In this document: in pieces, positions 46,504 to 46,997 of the stretch | Layout of the letters: every line of letters begins with the position of its first letter | Position numbering within the stretch: position 1 is the stretch's first letter | IMG/VR virus record: IMGVR_UViG_2693429779_000010 | DNA: 46,997 nt | Direction: 5' to 3' (one strand) | Source: a virus | Lineage: Duplodnaviria; Heunggongvirae; Uroviricota; Caudoviricetes | The notes under the pieces: model-generated | Seen by the model: the letters and a program-made list of their open reading frames with translations, nothing else | Database searches by the model: none | What the model was told of the DNA's origin: nothing | Made by a program: the position numbers and the translations under genes

Positions 46504-46968
46504 ATGCGTTTCTGCCTTATTTTGATCACAGCACTGTTTCTGGCCGGGTGTAGCCACCATAAAGCACCGCTGCCAAATGCCAGACTTTCTGATTCGATTA
46601 CCGTTATTGCCGGTTTGAACGACCAGCTACAAAGCTGGCATGGCACGCCGTATCGTTATGGTGGCATGACGCGGCGCGGTGTGGACTGTTCGGGATTTGT
46701 GGTTGTAACGATGCGCGATCGTTTCGATTTGCAGCTGCCCCGAGAAACCAAAGAACAAGCCTCTATCGGCACGCAAATTGATAAAGACGAGTTGCTGCCT
46801 GGTGACCTGGTCTTTTTCAAAACGGGTTCCGGACAAAATGGTTTGCATGTAGGTATTTACGATACCAACAACCAATTTATCCACGCCTCTACCAGCAAGG
46901 GAGTGATGCGTTCCTCACTTGATAATGTCTATTGGCAGAAAAATTTCTGGCAGGCGAGACGAATCTAA
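46504..46968 (+). CDS. nlpC: NlpC/P60-family lipoprotein (peptidoglycan endopeptidase)
   Basis: 154 aa; lipobox LAGC; catalytic-type DCSGF...H motifs; follows btuD as in E. coli. Confidence 0.9.
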   Translation: MRFCLILITALFLAGCSHHKAPLPNARLSDSITVIAGLNDQLQSWHGTPYRYGGMTRRGVDCSGFVVVTMRDRFDLQLPRETKEQASIGTQIDKDELLPGDLVFFKTGSGQNGLHVGIYDTNNQFIHASTSKGVMRSSLDNVYWQKNFWQARRI

Positions 46969-46997
46969 ATAGCTGCGCGGAATAGTAGATCACTTTG

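Overview
Almost the whole window is a rearranged P2-family myovirus prophage in a Shigella/E. coli-type chromosome, running from a partial IS2 end (1-50) to host btuC-btuE-btuD-nlpC (44083-46968). All calls come from reading the ORF translations and DNA by eye and from recalled family features; no database search was run. Recognisable P2 modules: tail gene D (minus), FI-FII-E/E'-T-U (plus, apparently inverted relative to canonical P2 order), a Gin/Pin-type invertase with 26-bp crossover sites, baseplate/tail genes I-J-W-V-S-R, a lysis cassette (holin, SAR-type endolysin, overlapped spanins), head genes X-L-M-N-O, divergent terminase P and portal Q, a putative cos region, replication gene A with small early genes, C repressor and integrase. 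The most unusual part is a ~13.5 kb tail-fibre diversification locus (7.7-21.2 kb): four pix-like crossover sites, four different fibre-tip/tfa cassettes, a duplicated decayed invertase copy, three IS600 copies (one truncated), and a lambda-type lom'-stf block grafted onto a truncated P2-type H gene. The fibre arm currently joined to the constant region is broken by IS600, while inversion at the pix sites would create in-frame fusions to intact silent cassettes. Two cargo loci stand out: a parM/parR-like actin-type partition pair plus three small unknown ORFs in the variable locus between A and cos, and an AT-rich two-gene moron (zinc-ribbon protein plus coiled-coil tail-anchored membrane protein) between int and the host junction. 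No tRNA, rRNA or CRISPR array was seen.
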